From: an uncultured Actinomycetes bacterium
Lineage (GTDB): Bacteria > Actinomycetota > Thermoleophilia > RBG-16-64-13
Assembly (NCBI GenBank): GCA_963714175.1
Contig: CAVQNN010000003.1
Coordinates: forward strand, 961,643-1,025,642
Direction of reading: 5' to 3'
Length of the DNA: 64,000 nucleotides
In this document: piece by piece, positions 51,929-62,045 of the stretch
Layout of the letters: each line of letters begins with the position of its first letter
How positions within the stretch are numbered: the first letter of the stretch is position 1
The notes under the pieces: generated by a model
The model's database searches: none
Told to the model about the DNA's origin: nothing
The model's input: only the letters and a program-made list of their open reading frames with translations
Made by a program: the position numbers and the translations under genes

Positions 51929-53949
51929 TGGCGGAAGCGGGGGAACGGCCGCCTGACCTCAAACTCGCCCTCGCGGGCCAGCCCAACGTGGGCAAGAGCA
52001 CGGTCTTCAACGCCCTCACCGGGCTGGACCAGCACGTGGGCAACTGGGCCGGCAAGACGGTGGAGAAGAGAACGGGCCACTTCGAACACCAAGGCCTGCG
52101 TGTCGAGATCGTCGACCTGCCGGGCACCTACAGTCTCACCTCCGGCTCCGAAGAAGAGCGCATCGCCCGAGACTACCTGATCGAAGAGCCCCCCGACGTG
52201 GTGATCGCCATCGTCAACGCCGCCTCGCTGGAACGCAATCTCTACCTGGTCGCCGAACTGCTTCTGCTGCCCGTTCCGGTGGTCGTGGGGCTCAACATGG
52301 TGGACGTGGCCCAGAGTCACGGCCTGCACGTGGAGGCGCCGGTGCTCGAGGCGGCCCTGGGCGTCCCGGTGGTCGAGCTCGTCGCCAGCAAGCGCCGGGG
52401 TCTGCGCGAACTGGTCGACTCCGCGGCCAAGCTCGCGGAGCACCCCGAGTCGTTCAAGCCCAACCGTCCGGTGATACGCGACAAACACCGTGAGGTGCTG
52501 GCCCAGATCGAGACTCTCGTCGCCGACCGTGCTCCGGCCGGCTATCCTCCGGACTGGCTGGCCCTCAAGCTGCTGGAGGGCGACCCCGACGCGGCCAGAC
52601 TGGTGCGGACCAAGATCCCAGAGGCCTGGGAGCCTATCCACGTCATCTTGGCGGAACACGACGACGCCTATCTCGACATCGCCGGCGGCCGCTACGACTG
52701 GGTGGCCCGGATGGTGCGGGCAGCGGTGGTCAAGCCGCGTCGCGGGGCGCTCGTGATCACCGACCGTATCGACCGGGTGGCGACGCATCCCTTCTGGGGG
52801 CTGGTGGTGCTTCTCGCGGCGCTGGCGGCGGTGTTCGCCGTCACCTACGCCGTGGCCAATCCGGCGGCGGGCGCGCTGAGCGGGGTCGTCACGGGGGATT
52901 TGTCCGACTGGCTGCGCAACCTGTTGGAGGGGGCACCAGGGTGGCTCTCCGGTTTGATCGTCGACGGAGTGGTAGCCGGCGTCGGCACGACTCTATCCGT
53001 GGTGCCGATCCTCGTGGTCTTCTTCGCCGCCCTGGGATTCCTCGAGGATGTCGGCTACATGGCTCGCACGGCCTTCGTCATGGACCGGTACATGCACTGG
53101 ATCGGCCTGCACGGCAAGTCCTGCATGCCGCTGCTTCTCGGCTTCGGCTGCAACGTGCCGGCCGTTCTGGGCACGCGCATCATCGAGGAGCGCAAGGCGC
53201 GCCTGCTCACCATGATGTTGACGCCGTTCGTGCCCTGCACCGGCCGTTTGGCGGTGCTCGTGTTCCTGGCGCCGGCCTTCTTCGGCGCGAACGCCCCCTG
53301 GGCGCTGGTGGCGCTGGTGGGGGGCAACCTGGTCGTGTTGGCTCTGGTGGGCCTGGGGGTGAACAAGTTCGTCTTCAAGGGATCGCGCAGCGCCTTCATC
53401 ATGGAGATGCCTCTCTACCACGTGCCCAATGCCCGCACCATCGGGATCTACGTGTGGCGTAACACCTGGTCGTTCGTCAAGAAGGCGGGCACGCTCATCG
53501 TCATCATCTCGGCCATCGTGTGGGTTCTCTCCACCTACCCCGGGCCGGATCCGGCCGACAGCGTGCTGGGAGTGGTGGGGCGCTTTCTGGAGCCGGTGGG
53601 AGCGCTCATGGGACTGGGCGACTGGCGGCTGATCGTGGCTCTGCTGTCGAGCTTCGTGGCCAAGGAGAACAGCATCGCCACCCTGGGCATCTTGTTCGGC
53701 TCCGGAGTCTCGGGTGCCGCCGGCGCGGCCGGGGTCGGCCTGGCTGCCAAGGTGGCGGCCGTACTCACACCGGCCGCCGCCGCCGCGTTCCTGGTGGTGC
53801 AGATGACCTTCGTGCCCTGCGCGGCCACCATGGCCGCCATCCGGCAGGAATCGCGTTCCTGGCGCTGGACCTGGACCAGCGTGGGCCTGATGCTGGTGGT
53901 GGCCTTCGTACTGGGAGTGATCGTCTATCAGGTGGGGTCGCTGTTCTAG
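51928..53949 (+). CDS. feoB: Ferrous iron transport protein B
   Basis: GQPNVGKST, GNWAGKTVE, DLPG, NMVD, GFGCNVPA, FIMEMP. Confidence 0.96.
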   Translation: MAEAGERPPDLKLALAGQPNVGKSTVFNALTGLDQHVGNWAGKTVEKRTGHFEHQGLRVEIVDLPGTYSLTSGSEEERIARDYLIEEPPDVVIAIVNAASLERNLYLVAELLLLPVPVVVGLNMVDVAQSHGLHVEAPVLEAALGVPVVELVASKRRGLRELVDSAAKLAEHPESFKPNRPVIRDKHREVLAQIETLVADRAPAGYPPDWLALKLLEGDPDAARLVRTKIPEAWEPIHVILAEHDDAYLDIAGGRYDWVARMVRAAVVKPRRGALVITDRIDRVATHPFWGLVVLLAALAAVFAVTYAVANPAAGALSGVVTGDLSDWLRNLLEGAPGWLSGLIVDGVVAGVGTTLSVVPILVVFFAALGFLEDVGYMARTAFVMDRYMHWIGLHGKSCMPLLLGFGCNVPAVLGTRIIEERKARLLTMMLTPFVPCTGRLAVLVFLAPAFFGANAPWALVALVGGNLVVLALVGLGVNKFVFKGSRSAFIMEMPLYHVPNARTIGIYVWRNTWSFVKKAGTLIVIISAIVWVLSTYPGPDPADSVLGVVGRFLEPVGALMGLGDWRLIVALLSSFVAKENSIATLGILFGSGVSGAAGAAGVGLAAKVAAVLTPAAAAAFLVVQMTFVPCAATMAAIRQESRSWRWTWTSVGLMLVVAFVLGVIVYQVGSLF

Positions 53950-54083
53950 CAGGCTGCTGAAGACTCGCCCGACGAGGAGGTCGGACGCGCAAGTGGCGCG
54001 GTGCTTCGGCCGGGAACGGGCCAGATTTTGTATACTCCCCCTATTCAATGTTCGGAGCCCAGGCGAGGCCCAGGGAGGCCACC

Positions 54084-54957
54084 ATGCAGATCTACATCGA
54101 CGGCAAGTTCTACAGCGAAGAAGACGCGAAGGTCAGTGTCTTCGACCACGGTCTCCTGTACGGGGACGGTGTGTTCGAAGGCATCCGGACCTACGCGGGC
54201 CGGGTATTCGAACTCGACGCACATATCGACCGGCTGTACGCGTCGGCGCAGACCATAGCCTTGGAGATCCCGATCTCGCGCGACGAACTCGTCGAGGCCA
54301 TGATGGAGACCATCCGGCGCAATGACGTCATGGATGGCTACATCCGCCTGGTGGTGACTCGGGGCATGGGCGATCTGGGACTCAACCCGTGCAAGTGCCC
54401 AAAGGCCACGGTGTTCTGCATCGCCGGCGACATCACGCTCTATCCGGCCGAGGTCTACGAGAAGGGCTTCAAGGTCAAGACCCTCTCCACGCGGCGCAAC
54501 GATCCCCAGGCCATCAATCCGGCCGTCAAGAGCCTCAACTACCTGAACAACATCATGGGCGCGCTTGAGCTGCGGGGCACCGGCGTGAACGAGGGTCTGT
54601 TCCTTACCACTTCGGGCTACGTGTGCGAGTGCACGGCCGACAACTTGTTCCTGATCAAGGGGCGCAAGCTGATGACCCCGAACACGGCGCTGGGTGCTCT
54701 GCGCGGGATCACCCGGGGCGTGGTCGATGAGACTGGCCGCGGGCATGGGCATGGAGGTGGAAGAAGGGTTCTACACGCTCCACGACGTCTACAACGCCGA
54801 CGAGGCCTTCCTCACCGGCACGGCGGCGGAGGTCGGCCCCGTCGTGGAGGTCGACATGCGGCCGATCGGCGCGGGCGTGCCCGGCCCGGTGACCAGAGAC
54901 ATCATCGCCCGCTTCCACGAGTACGCTCAGAGCACCGGTACGCCGGTGAACAGATAG
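54084..54957 (+). CDS. ilvE: Branched-chain amino acid aminotransferase (frameshift ~54725)
   Basis: [47 protein letters not shown]. Confidence 0.93.
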
Positions 54958-54962
54958 GGCGC

Positions 54963-56564
54963 GTGGTGGATCCGGCGCGCCCCCTGGTCCTGTACGACAC
55001 CACGCTGCGTGACGGCATGCAGCGTGAGGGCCTGAGCGTGTCGGTGGACGAGAAGGTGCGCATCGCCGTCCGGATCGCCGATCTGGGCGTGCACGTCATC
55101 GAGGGAGGCTTCCCGGGTTCCAACCCCAAGGACGAGGAGTTCTTCCGCAGAGCTGCAGCGCGAGCGATCTGGGCGACGCAGTGGTCGCGGTCTTCGGCAT
55201 GACCCGCGGGCAGGGGCACCAGGGCCGAGGACGACCCTCAACTCCGGGCCCTGGTCGACTGCTGGGCCCCCGTCGCCGCCGTGGTGGGCAAGACCTGGGA
55301 TCTGCACGTGGAGAAGGTCCTGCGCGTCGATCGCGACGAGAACCTGCGCATGATCTCGGAGTCGGTGGGCTTCTTGCAGGAACAGGGCAAACGGGTCTTC
55401 TACGACGCCGAGCACTTCTTCGACGCCTAGGCCGCCCACCCCGACTACGCCCTGGCCTGCCTGCGGGCGGCCGCCGAGGCGGGGGCCGAGGCCGTCTGTC
55501 TGTGCGACACCAACGGAGCCGCTCTGCCGACGCAGGTGGCGCGAGGTGGTGGAGCGGGTCGTGGCCGAGCTGGGCGGAGTCCTGCCGGGTCGGCATCCAC
55601 GCCCACAACGACGCCGGCTGCGCCGTGGCCAATTCGCTGGTCGCGGTGGATCGGGGCGCCGACATGGTGCAGGGCACCATCAACGGCTACGGAGAGCGCT
55701 GCGGCAACGCCGATCTGTGCGCCATCATTCCCGGGCTGAAGCTGAAGATGGGCATCGACTGCGTGTCCGACCGCGATCTGGCCAAGCTCACCGACACGGC
55801 CCGCTTCGTGGCGGAACTCTGCAACGTCTCCCCCGATCCACACCAGCCCTATGTGGGCCACAACGCCTTCGCCCACAAGGGCGGGATGCACGTGTCGGCG
55901 GTGGAGCGCGATCCCAGCACCTTCGAACACATCGATCCGGCCCTGGTGGGCAACTCCCCGCACGTGCTGGTGTCGGAGCTTTCGGGTCGGGCGACCATCA
56001 ACGCAGAGGGTCCGAGAACTGGGCTACCCCGTGCAGGAGGAGAAGGAACTGGCCGATCGCCTGCTCAAAGCGCATCAAGGAGCAAGAGCACGCCGGGCTA
56101 TCACTACGAGGCGGCGGACGCCTCCTTCGAGTTGCTGCTCCGCGCCGAGCTGGGTCTCAAGGTCGAGTTCTTCCATCTGGAGACCTTCCGCATCATCGTG
56201 GAGAAGCGGGAGGACGGTGAGACCGTGAGTGAGGCCACGGTCAAGGTGCACGTGGGCGGCGAGCGCTACGTGGAGACGGCCGAGGGCAACGGCCCCGTCA
56301 ATGCCCTGGACAAGGCGCTGCGCATGGCCATCGAGCGACGGTTCCCGGAGGTGCACGATATCCACCTGGTCAACTACAGCGTGCGCATCCTGGATGAGGA
56401 CAGAGGCACCGCGGCCACGACCAGGGTGCTGATCGATTCGTCCGACGGGCGCGACAACTGGGGTAGCGTGGGAGTGGGAGTGAACGTGGTCGAGGCCTCC
56501 TGGGAGGCGTCTGGTCGACTCCATCTCCTACGGTCTGCTGCGTTTGGTCACGGAGGAGCGATGA
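54963..56564 (+). CDS. cimA: Citramalate synthase (frameshifts and one in-frame TAG at 55428)
   Basis: [67 protein letters not shown]. Confidence 0.88.
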
Positions 56565-57347
56565 AGCTGGCTCGAATCACGTACCAGGGCGAGGTCTGCG
56601 AGGCCACCGTCACCTGCAGCGGGTATTTCATCGAGCCGCCGTCCAAGTACGCCGGGACCGCGGTGGGAGAGGATGAGGCTGTGTTGCTGGCTCCCGTGGC
56701 CCCAGGCAAGATCCTGGGCGTAGGCTGGAACTTCCGCGAGCACATCAAGGAGATGGCCGATCGACTGGCCGGCGACCAGGCTCCCAAGCAGAGGGCGGAA
56801 GATGTCCCCGACGCCATCCTGTTCCTGAAGCCGCCCTCCAGCCTGATCGGGCACCGCGACGCGATCGTCTATCCGCGCGACGCCACCCGGGTGGAGTACG
56901 AAGGCGAGCTGGCCGTGGTCATCGCGCGGGACACCCGGCGCGTGACCCCGAGCGAGGCCGTGCAGCGCGGTGCTGGGGTGGACCTGCGCCAACGACGTGA
57001 CCGAGCGCGATCAACAGGGCACCGACAAGCAGTGGTGGCGGGCCAAGGGCTACGACACGTTCGCGGTGGCCGGGCCGTTTCTGGAGACCGAGACCCCGGG
57101 GCCGGATGCCTGGATCCGCACCAGGGTCAACGGCGAACTGCGCCAGGCAGGCCAGGTGGGCGACATGATCCGCGACCCGTTACGGTGATCTCGCTGATCA
57201 GCCAGGCCATGACGCTTCAGCAGGGGCGACCTGATCATGCTGGGCACGCCGCCCGGAGTGGGGGAGCTCCACCCGGGTGACGAGGTTGAGGTAGATATCG
57301 ACGGAGTTGGGTACCTAAGGAATCCTGTCGTACTCGAGGAGGGATGA
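56561..57347 (+). CDS. Fumarylacetoacetate hydrolase family protein (frameshifted)
   Basis: [43 protein letters not shown]. Confidence 0.9.
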
Positions 57348-58003
57348 CGATGGACTCCGAGGACACGAAGTCGGCCTCCCAGGAGCCGGATGCTCCGCGC
57401 GCTGATGCACTGCTGTCAGACCTGCCGGTGGAAGCCCGCAGCCTGGAGGAACTGACCGCCCTGGAGGCGGCAGCAAGGCTTGAGCTGGAGCCCCATCGTG
57501 AGGGCGGGTACTTCCGCGAGACCTATCGCTCGCCGATCGAGGTGAACACGAGAAACGGCCGGCGTCCTCTGATGACCTCGATTCTCTACCTCCTGACCAC
57601 GGATGCCCCAAGTCGCTTCCATCGTCTCCGTTCCGACGAGCTCTGGCTATATCATGCCGGGGCTGCCGCCGAGCTGATAATGCTGCCTCCGCAGACGGCC
57701 AAGACGGCTGGGCGACTGCCTGCGCATCAACCCATCGGTCTCGACTGCCCTCAGGCACTGGTTCCGGCCCAGTGGTGGCTGGGAGCGCGCGTGATCTCGC
57801 AGAGTGAAGCCGACTGGGGGACCGGCAGGACTCCGGAACGGCGTTGGGTCGCCGACAGGCGCTCGAGCCCGGAGCATCATTGGACCTTGGTGAGCTGCGT
57901 GGTCACTCCCGGTTTCGACTATGAGGACTTCGAGCTGGGCGACCGGCAGAGACTCTTGCGCGACTATCCTCTGGCCCGAGAGGTAGTCCTGGCGCTCACG
58001 TGA
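57344..58003 (+). CDS. Cupin_5 (DUF985) family protein
   Basis: [50 protein letters not shown]. Confidence 0.9.
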   Translation: MTMDSEDTKSASQEPDAPRADALLSDLPVEARSLEELTALEAAARLELEPHREGGYFRETYRSPIEVNTRNGRRPLMTSILYLLTTDAPSRFHRLRSDELWLYHAGAAAELIMLPPQTAKTAGRLPAHQPIGLDCPQALVPAQWWLGARVISQSEADWGTGRTPERRWVADRRSSPEHHWTLVSCVVTPGFDYEDFELGDRQRLLRDYPLAREVVLALT

Positions 58004-58004
58004 T

Positions 58005-58291
58005 GGGCGGCCGAGGGGGTGTTCCCGCTGCGCTCACGCTCTTTGCACCGAGTACGGTGTCGCAAGGCTTAGCGGCAACACCCCTCGGCCGCCCGCACTT
58101 GTAGGTCGCTCTGAGTCACATGTGCCTATGAGTGGGGCACCGCACTCACCGACTGACAGGAAGAGCCGGACCGAGGGGAGCGGCCACCTGGTTCTGAGGC
58201 GGGGAGGGGCGAAGGGGTCCCGGAGGAGCATTGCGACGCTGCGCAGCCGCGCAGAGAGCGTGAGCGAGGTAGGGACCCCTTCGCCCCTCCC
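58005..58291. repeat. Inverted pair of related ~90-nt hairpin elements
   Basis: Element 1 (58005-58094) and element 2 (58202-58291, 20-bp perfect stem) have reverse-complementary interiors. Confidence 0.65.
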
Positions 58292-58374
58292 AGGTCTGCA
58301 GTGGAGTGGTCGTCCACTCGGTAGGCGAATCCCGCTCTGAGCGGAAATTGTTCACTCTCAGCCCACCACGCGGC

Positions 58375-58403
58375 TTGAGGGGTCGAGGGCCTTCGGGTAG
58401 AAT
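58375..58403 (+). promoter_or_regulatory. Putative dnaE promoter
   Basis: TTGAGG, 17 bp, TAGAAT. Confidence 0.55.
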
Positions 58404-58456
58404 CGAGCAGTAGCAGGGTACCCACCCGCGACGCATTTTCAGGGAGACCCGTCATC

Positions 58457-61400
58457 TTGTCAGCTTCGCTCCAGCCTGTCACAGAGAACCAAGTCGAGGC
58501 GGCGCCTGCGCGCCCGCCGGCCGGGTTCTGTCATCTGCACGTCCACACGCACTACTCGGCGCTCGACGGAGCCTGCAAGCTGGACGAGCTGGTCGGCCGG
58601 GCGGTGGAGCTGGGCATGCCGGCTCTGGCCATCACCGACCACGGGGTGCTGTCGGGCATCATCCAGTTCTATCAGCAGTGCCTCAAGGCCGGTATCAAGC
58701 CCATCGTGGGCCTGGAGGCCTATCTGGTGGAGGACCGGCTGCGCAAGGAAGGGCAGAACGAGGAGCGCTGGCATCTGACTCTGCTCGCCCGCGACAACAC
58801 CGGCTACCGCAACCTGCTCAGGTTGGGGAGCCTGGCCTTCCTCGAGGGCTACTACTACAAGCCGCGCATGGACTACGCGTTGCTGAGGGAGCATGCCGAG
58901 GGTCTGATCTGTCTGACCGGGTGCGCCAGCGGTCGGCTGTCGCGCGCTCTGCAGAACGGGCAGACGGCCGCCGCGGAGGCCGAGGTCGAGCGGCTGACCG
59001 GCATCTTCGGTGCGGACAACGTCTACCTGGAGATGCAGGAGACCGGCATCCGGGAACTGGCCGAGATCAACCCCCGCATGATCGAATTGGCGGAGCGTAC
59101 CGGCCTCAAGCTCGTGGCCACCAACGACGTCCACTACCTGCGCGAGAAGGACGCCGCCGCCCACGACGTGCTCCTCTGCATCCAGACCGGCTCGCGGCTC
59201 TCGGAGGAGAACCGGATGCGCTTCAGCTCGGAGGAGTTCTTCCTCAAGAGCGAAGAGGAGATGCTCGATGTCTTTCCCGATCATCCGGAGGCACTGGCAA
59301 CCACTCTGGAGATAGCGGAGCGCTGCAACGTCGAGATCGAGCTCGACGGGATGCTGATCCCGCATTTCCCCGTGCCTGAAGGGTACGACGAGACTTCCTA
59401 TCTGCGCGAGCAGTGCGAGAAAGGGCTGGTCCGCCGCTTCGGCGACGCCGTCACGCCCCAGGTGTTGGAACGGCTGGAGAGTGAGCTGGCCGTGGTGGAG
59501 AAGATGGGCTTTCCGCCCTACTTCCTCATAGTCTGGGACTTCGTGAGCTTCGCCAAGCAGTCCGGCATTCCCGTGGGCCCGGGCCGAGGCTCGGCCGCGG
59601 GCTCGCTGGTCTCCTATCTTCTGGGCATCACCGATCTCGACCCCATCGCCCACGATCTCCTGTTCGAGCGCTTCCTCAATCCCGATCGCATCAGCATGCC
59701 CGACATCGACATCGACTTCTCGGTGCCCGGGCGCGAGAAGGTCATCGAGTACGTGGCCAACAAGTACGGGCGCGACCGAGTGGCCCAGATAGCCACGTTC
59801 GGTACCATCAAGGCCCGGCAGGCCATCCGCGATGCCGCCCGGGTCATGGACGTGCCCTACGGTCAGTCCGATCGCATCGCCAAGCTGGTGCCCGAAGTCC
59901 TCAACATCACCCTCGATGCCTGCTTGGCCGATCCCAAATGCGAGTTGCGCTTGGCCTACGACAGCGACCAGGTGGTTCGGGAGGTCGTCGACATGGCCCG
60001 GCCTCTGGAGGGTCTCATCCGCCAGGATTCCATCCACGCTGCGGGCGTGGTCATCTCCAAGGGACCCCTCACCGATCACCTGCCTCTCATGCAGAAGGGC
60101 GATGCCGAGGTGGTCACTCAGGTCTCCATGACCGACGTGGAGAAGCTGGGCCTGTTGAAGATGGACTTCCTGGGACTGCGCAATCTGGACGTGATCGACA
60201 GCGCGGTCAAGATCATCCGGGCCGAGGGGCATCCGGACTTCGACATCGAGACCATCCCGCTTGACGATGGTCCCACTTACCGGCTGCTGGCCAAGGGCGA
60301 CTCCGAAGGCGTCTTCCAGTTCGAGTCGAGCGGCATGCGCGACGCCCTCCGCGAGATCCAGCCCACCCGCCTGGACGATCTGATCGCCCTGGTGGCCCTG
60401 TACCGGCCGGGGCCGATGCAGTTCATCTCCGAATACGCGCGCAACAAACGTGCTCCAGAGAAGATCAAGTACGAGGACGACAGGCTCGAGCCCATCCTCA
60501 GCCCCACCTACGGGGTCGCGATCTACCAGGAGCAGCTCATGGAGATCTCCAAGCGCATCGGCGGGTTCACTCCCTCCGAGGCCGACGATCTGCGCAAGGC
60601 CATCGGCAAGAAGATCCGGGCCAAGATGGACATGCTGGAACCCAAGTTCCGGGAGGGCGCCGCGACCACGGGCACGGCTGCGCGCGTGATAGACCACCTG
60701 TGGTCGCTCATGGAGAAAGCGGGCGACTACTCCTTCAACAAGTCGCATGCCGCCTGCTACGCTCTGATCTCGTATCGCACCGCCTATCTCAAGGCCAACT
60801 TCCCGGTGCAGTACATGGCGGCTTTGATCTCGAGCGTCATGGATACCAAGGACAAGGTGCCCTTCTACGTGACTGTGGCCAACGAGATGGGCATCGAGGT
60901 GCTCCCTCCCGACATCAACGAGTCGGTGCTCGACTTTCGCGGCATCGAGGGACGTATCCGTTTCGGGCTGAACGCAGTCAAGAACGTGGGGGAGACGGCC
61001 ATCCGCAATATCCTCGAAACCAGGAAGAGGCTGGGAGCCTTCACCGACGTCTTCGACTTCTGCGAGCGCGTGGACCTGGGCGTGGTGAACGGGAGAGCTA
61101 TCGAGAGCCTGGTGAAGTCGGGAGCCCTGGATTCCATCGGGCCATCGAGGAGAGGGATGCTCCTGGTTTTGCCGCAGGCCATGGCGTGTGGCAAGAAGGC
61201 CCGCTCCGACGCTGATCGGGGACAAGGCTCCATCTTCGACCTCATGATGGAGCCGAGTACGTCGACGGGTGAGGCGGATGACGCCGACGGCTCGCCGGCC
61301 AACGACAAGCGCAGGAACGGCAACCCACCGGTCGAGATACCCAGCGCCGACTTCAGCAAGGAAGAACTCCTGGCTCTGGAGAAGGAGACCCTGGGCCTGT

Positions 61401-62017
61401 ACGTGAGTTCGCATCCTCTCAAAGACATCCGGGCCCAGGTTCGGCGGGAGGCCGGTCATCTCATCTCCCAACTCGGGGAGATCCCCGACGGTACCATCAC
61501 CACGATCGTGGGCATGGTGAGCTCGGTCAAGAGGATCACCACCAAGAAATCGGGTGAGCTCATGGCTTTCGTCACCATAGAGGGCCTTGAGGGCTCGGTC
61601 GAGATGCTCTGCTTCCCCGCCATCTACCAGGAGAACAAAGAACTCCTGGAGGAAGACAAGGTGGTCAAGATCAAAGGGAGGGTCGATCACAAGGACGAGG
61701 CCGAGATCAAGTTCATCCCCCTGGCTATCGAGGCCTTCGCCCCCAAGACCGGTCTGGAGCCTCTGGCTCTCTCGGTCGATGGCGACCGGCTGCCCAGCAG
61801 CATCATCGACGATCTCAAGCACATCCTTGGACGCTTTCCCGGCCCGTGCTCTGTGGAGATGCACGTGCGCTCGGGAGAAAGCGCCCGGCGTTTGCGGCTC
61901 GGCGACGGCTTTCGCGTCGACCCGCAAGCGAGCCTGTTCGCCGAGCTCAAGGAACTGCTGGGCGAGACCTGCGTGTGCCAGGGCAACGGGGTCATGTTCA
62001 ACGGAGCGGGGAAGTAG
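58457..62017 (+). CDS. dnaE: DNA polymerase III alpha subunit
   Basis: HLHVHTHYS PHP domain, GPGRGSAAGS, MPDIDIDF, KMDFLGL, FNKSH; intact 1186-aa ORF. Confidence 0.98.
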   Translation: MSASLQPVTENQVEAAPARPPAGFCHLHVHTHYSALDGACKLDELVGRAVELGMPALAITDHGVLSGIIQFYQQCLKAGIKPIVGLEAYLVEDRLRKEGQNEERWHLTLLARDNTGYRNLLRLGSLAFLEGYYYKPRMDYALLREHAEGLICLTGCASGRLSRALQNGQTAAAEAEVERLTGIFGADNVYLEMQETGIRELAEINPRMIELAERTGLKLVATNDVHYLREKDAAAHDVLLCIQTGSRLSEENRMRFSSEEFFLKSEEEMLDVFPDHPEALATTLEIAERCNVEIELDGMLIPHFPVPEGYDETSYLREQCEKGLVRRFGDAVTPQVLERLESELAVVEKMGFPPYFLIVWDFVSFAKQSGIPVGPGRGSAAGSLVSYLLGITDLDPIAHDLLFERFLNPDRISMPDIDIDFSVPGREKVIEYVANKYGRDRVAQIATFGTIKARQAIRDAARVMDVPYGQSDRIAKLVPEVLNITLDACLADPKCELRLAYDSDQVVREVVDMARPLEGLIRQDSIHAAGVVISKGPLTDHLPLMQKGDAEVVTQVSMTDVEKLGLLKMDFLGLRNLDVIDSAVKIIRAEGHPDFDIETIPLDDGPTYRLLAKGDSEGVFQFESSGMRDALREIQPTRLDDLIALVALYRPGPMQFISEYARNKRAPEKIKYEDDRLEPILSPTYGVAIYQEQLMEISKRIGGFTPSEADDLRKAIGKKIRAKMDMLEPKFREGAATTGTAARVIDHLWSLMEKAGDYSFNKSHAACYALISYRTAYLKANFPVQYMAALISSVMDTKDKVPFYVTVANEMGIEVLPPDINESVLDFRGIEGRIRFGLNAVKNVGETAIRNILETRKRLGAFTDVFDFCERVDLGVVNGRAIESLVKSGALDSIGPSRRGMLLVLPQAMACGKKARSDADRGQGSIFDLMMEPSTSTGEADDADGSPANDKRRNGNPPVEIPSADFSKEELLALEKETLGLYVSSHPLKDIRAQVRREAGHLISQLGEIPDGTITTIVGMVSSVKRITTKKSGELMAFVTIEGLEGSVEMLCFPAIYQENKELLEEDKVVKIKGRVDHKDEAEIKFIPLAIEAFAPKTGLEPLALSVDGDRLPSSIIDDLKHILGRFPGPCSVEMHVRSGESARRLRLGDGFRVDPQASLFAELKELLGETCVCQGNGVMFNGAGK

Positions 62018-62045
62018 GGGCTGCACCGATGAAGGGGTGGGTCGC

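Noticed and set aside
55181-57280. CimA-FAH fusion suggested by the 699-aa ORF
   Set aside because: An indel near 56510 joins the frames; the correct frame ends in an ATGA overlap with its own GGAGG RBS.
58095-58345. RNase P, SRP or 6S RNA in the intergenic region before dnaE
   Set aside because: I did not find the diagnostic conserved motifs by eye; an Infernal search is needed to exclude them formally.
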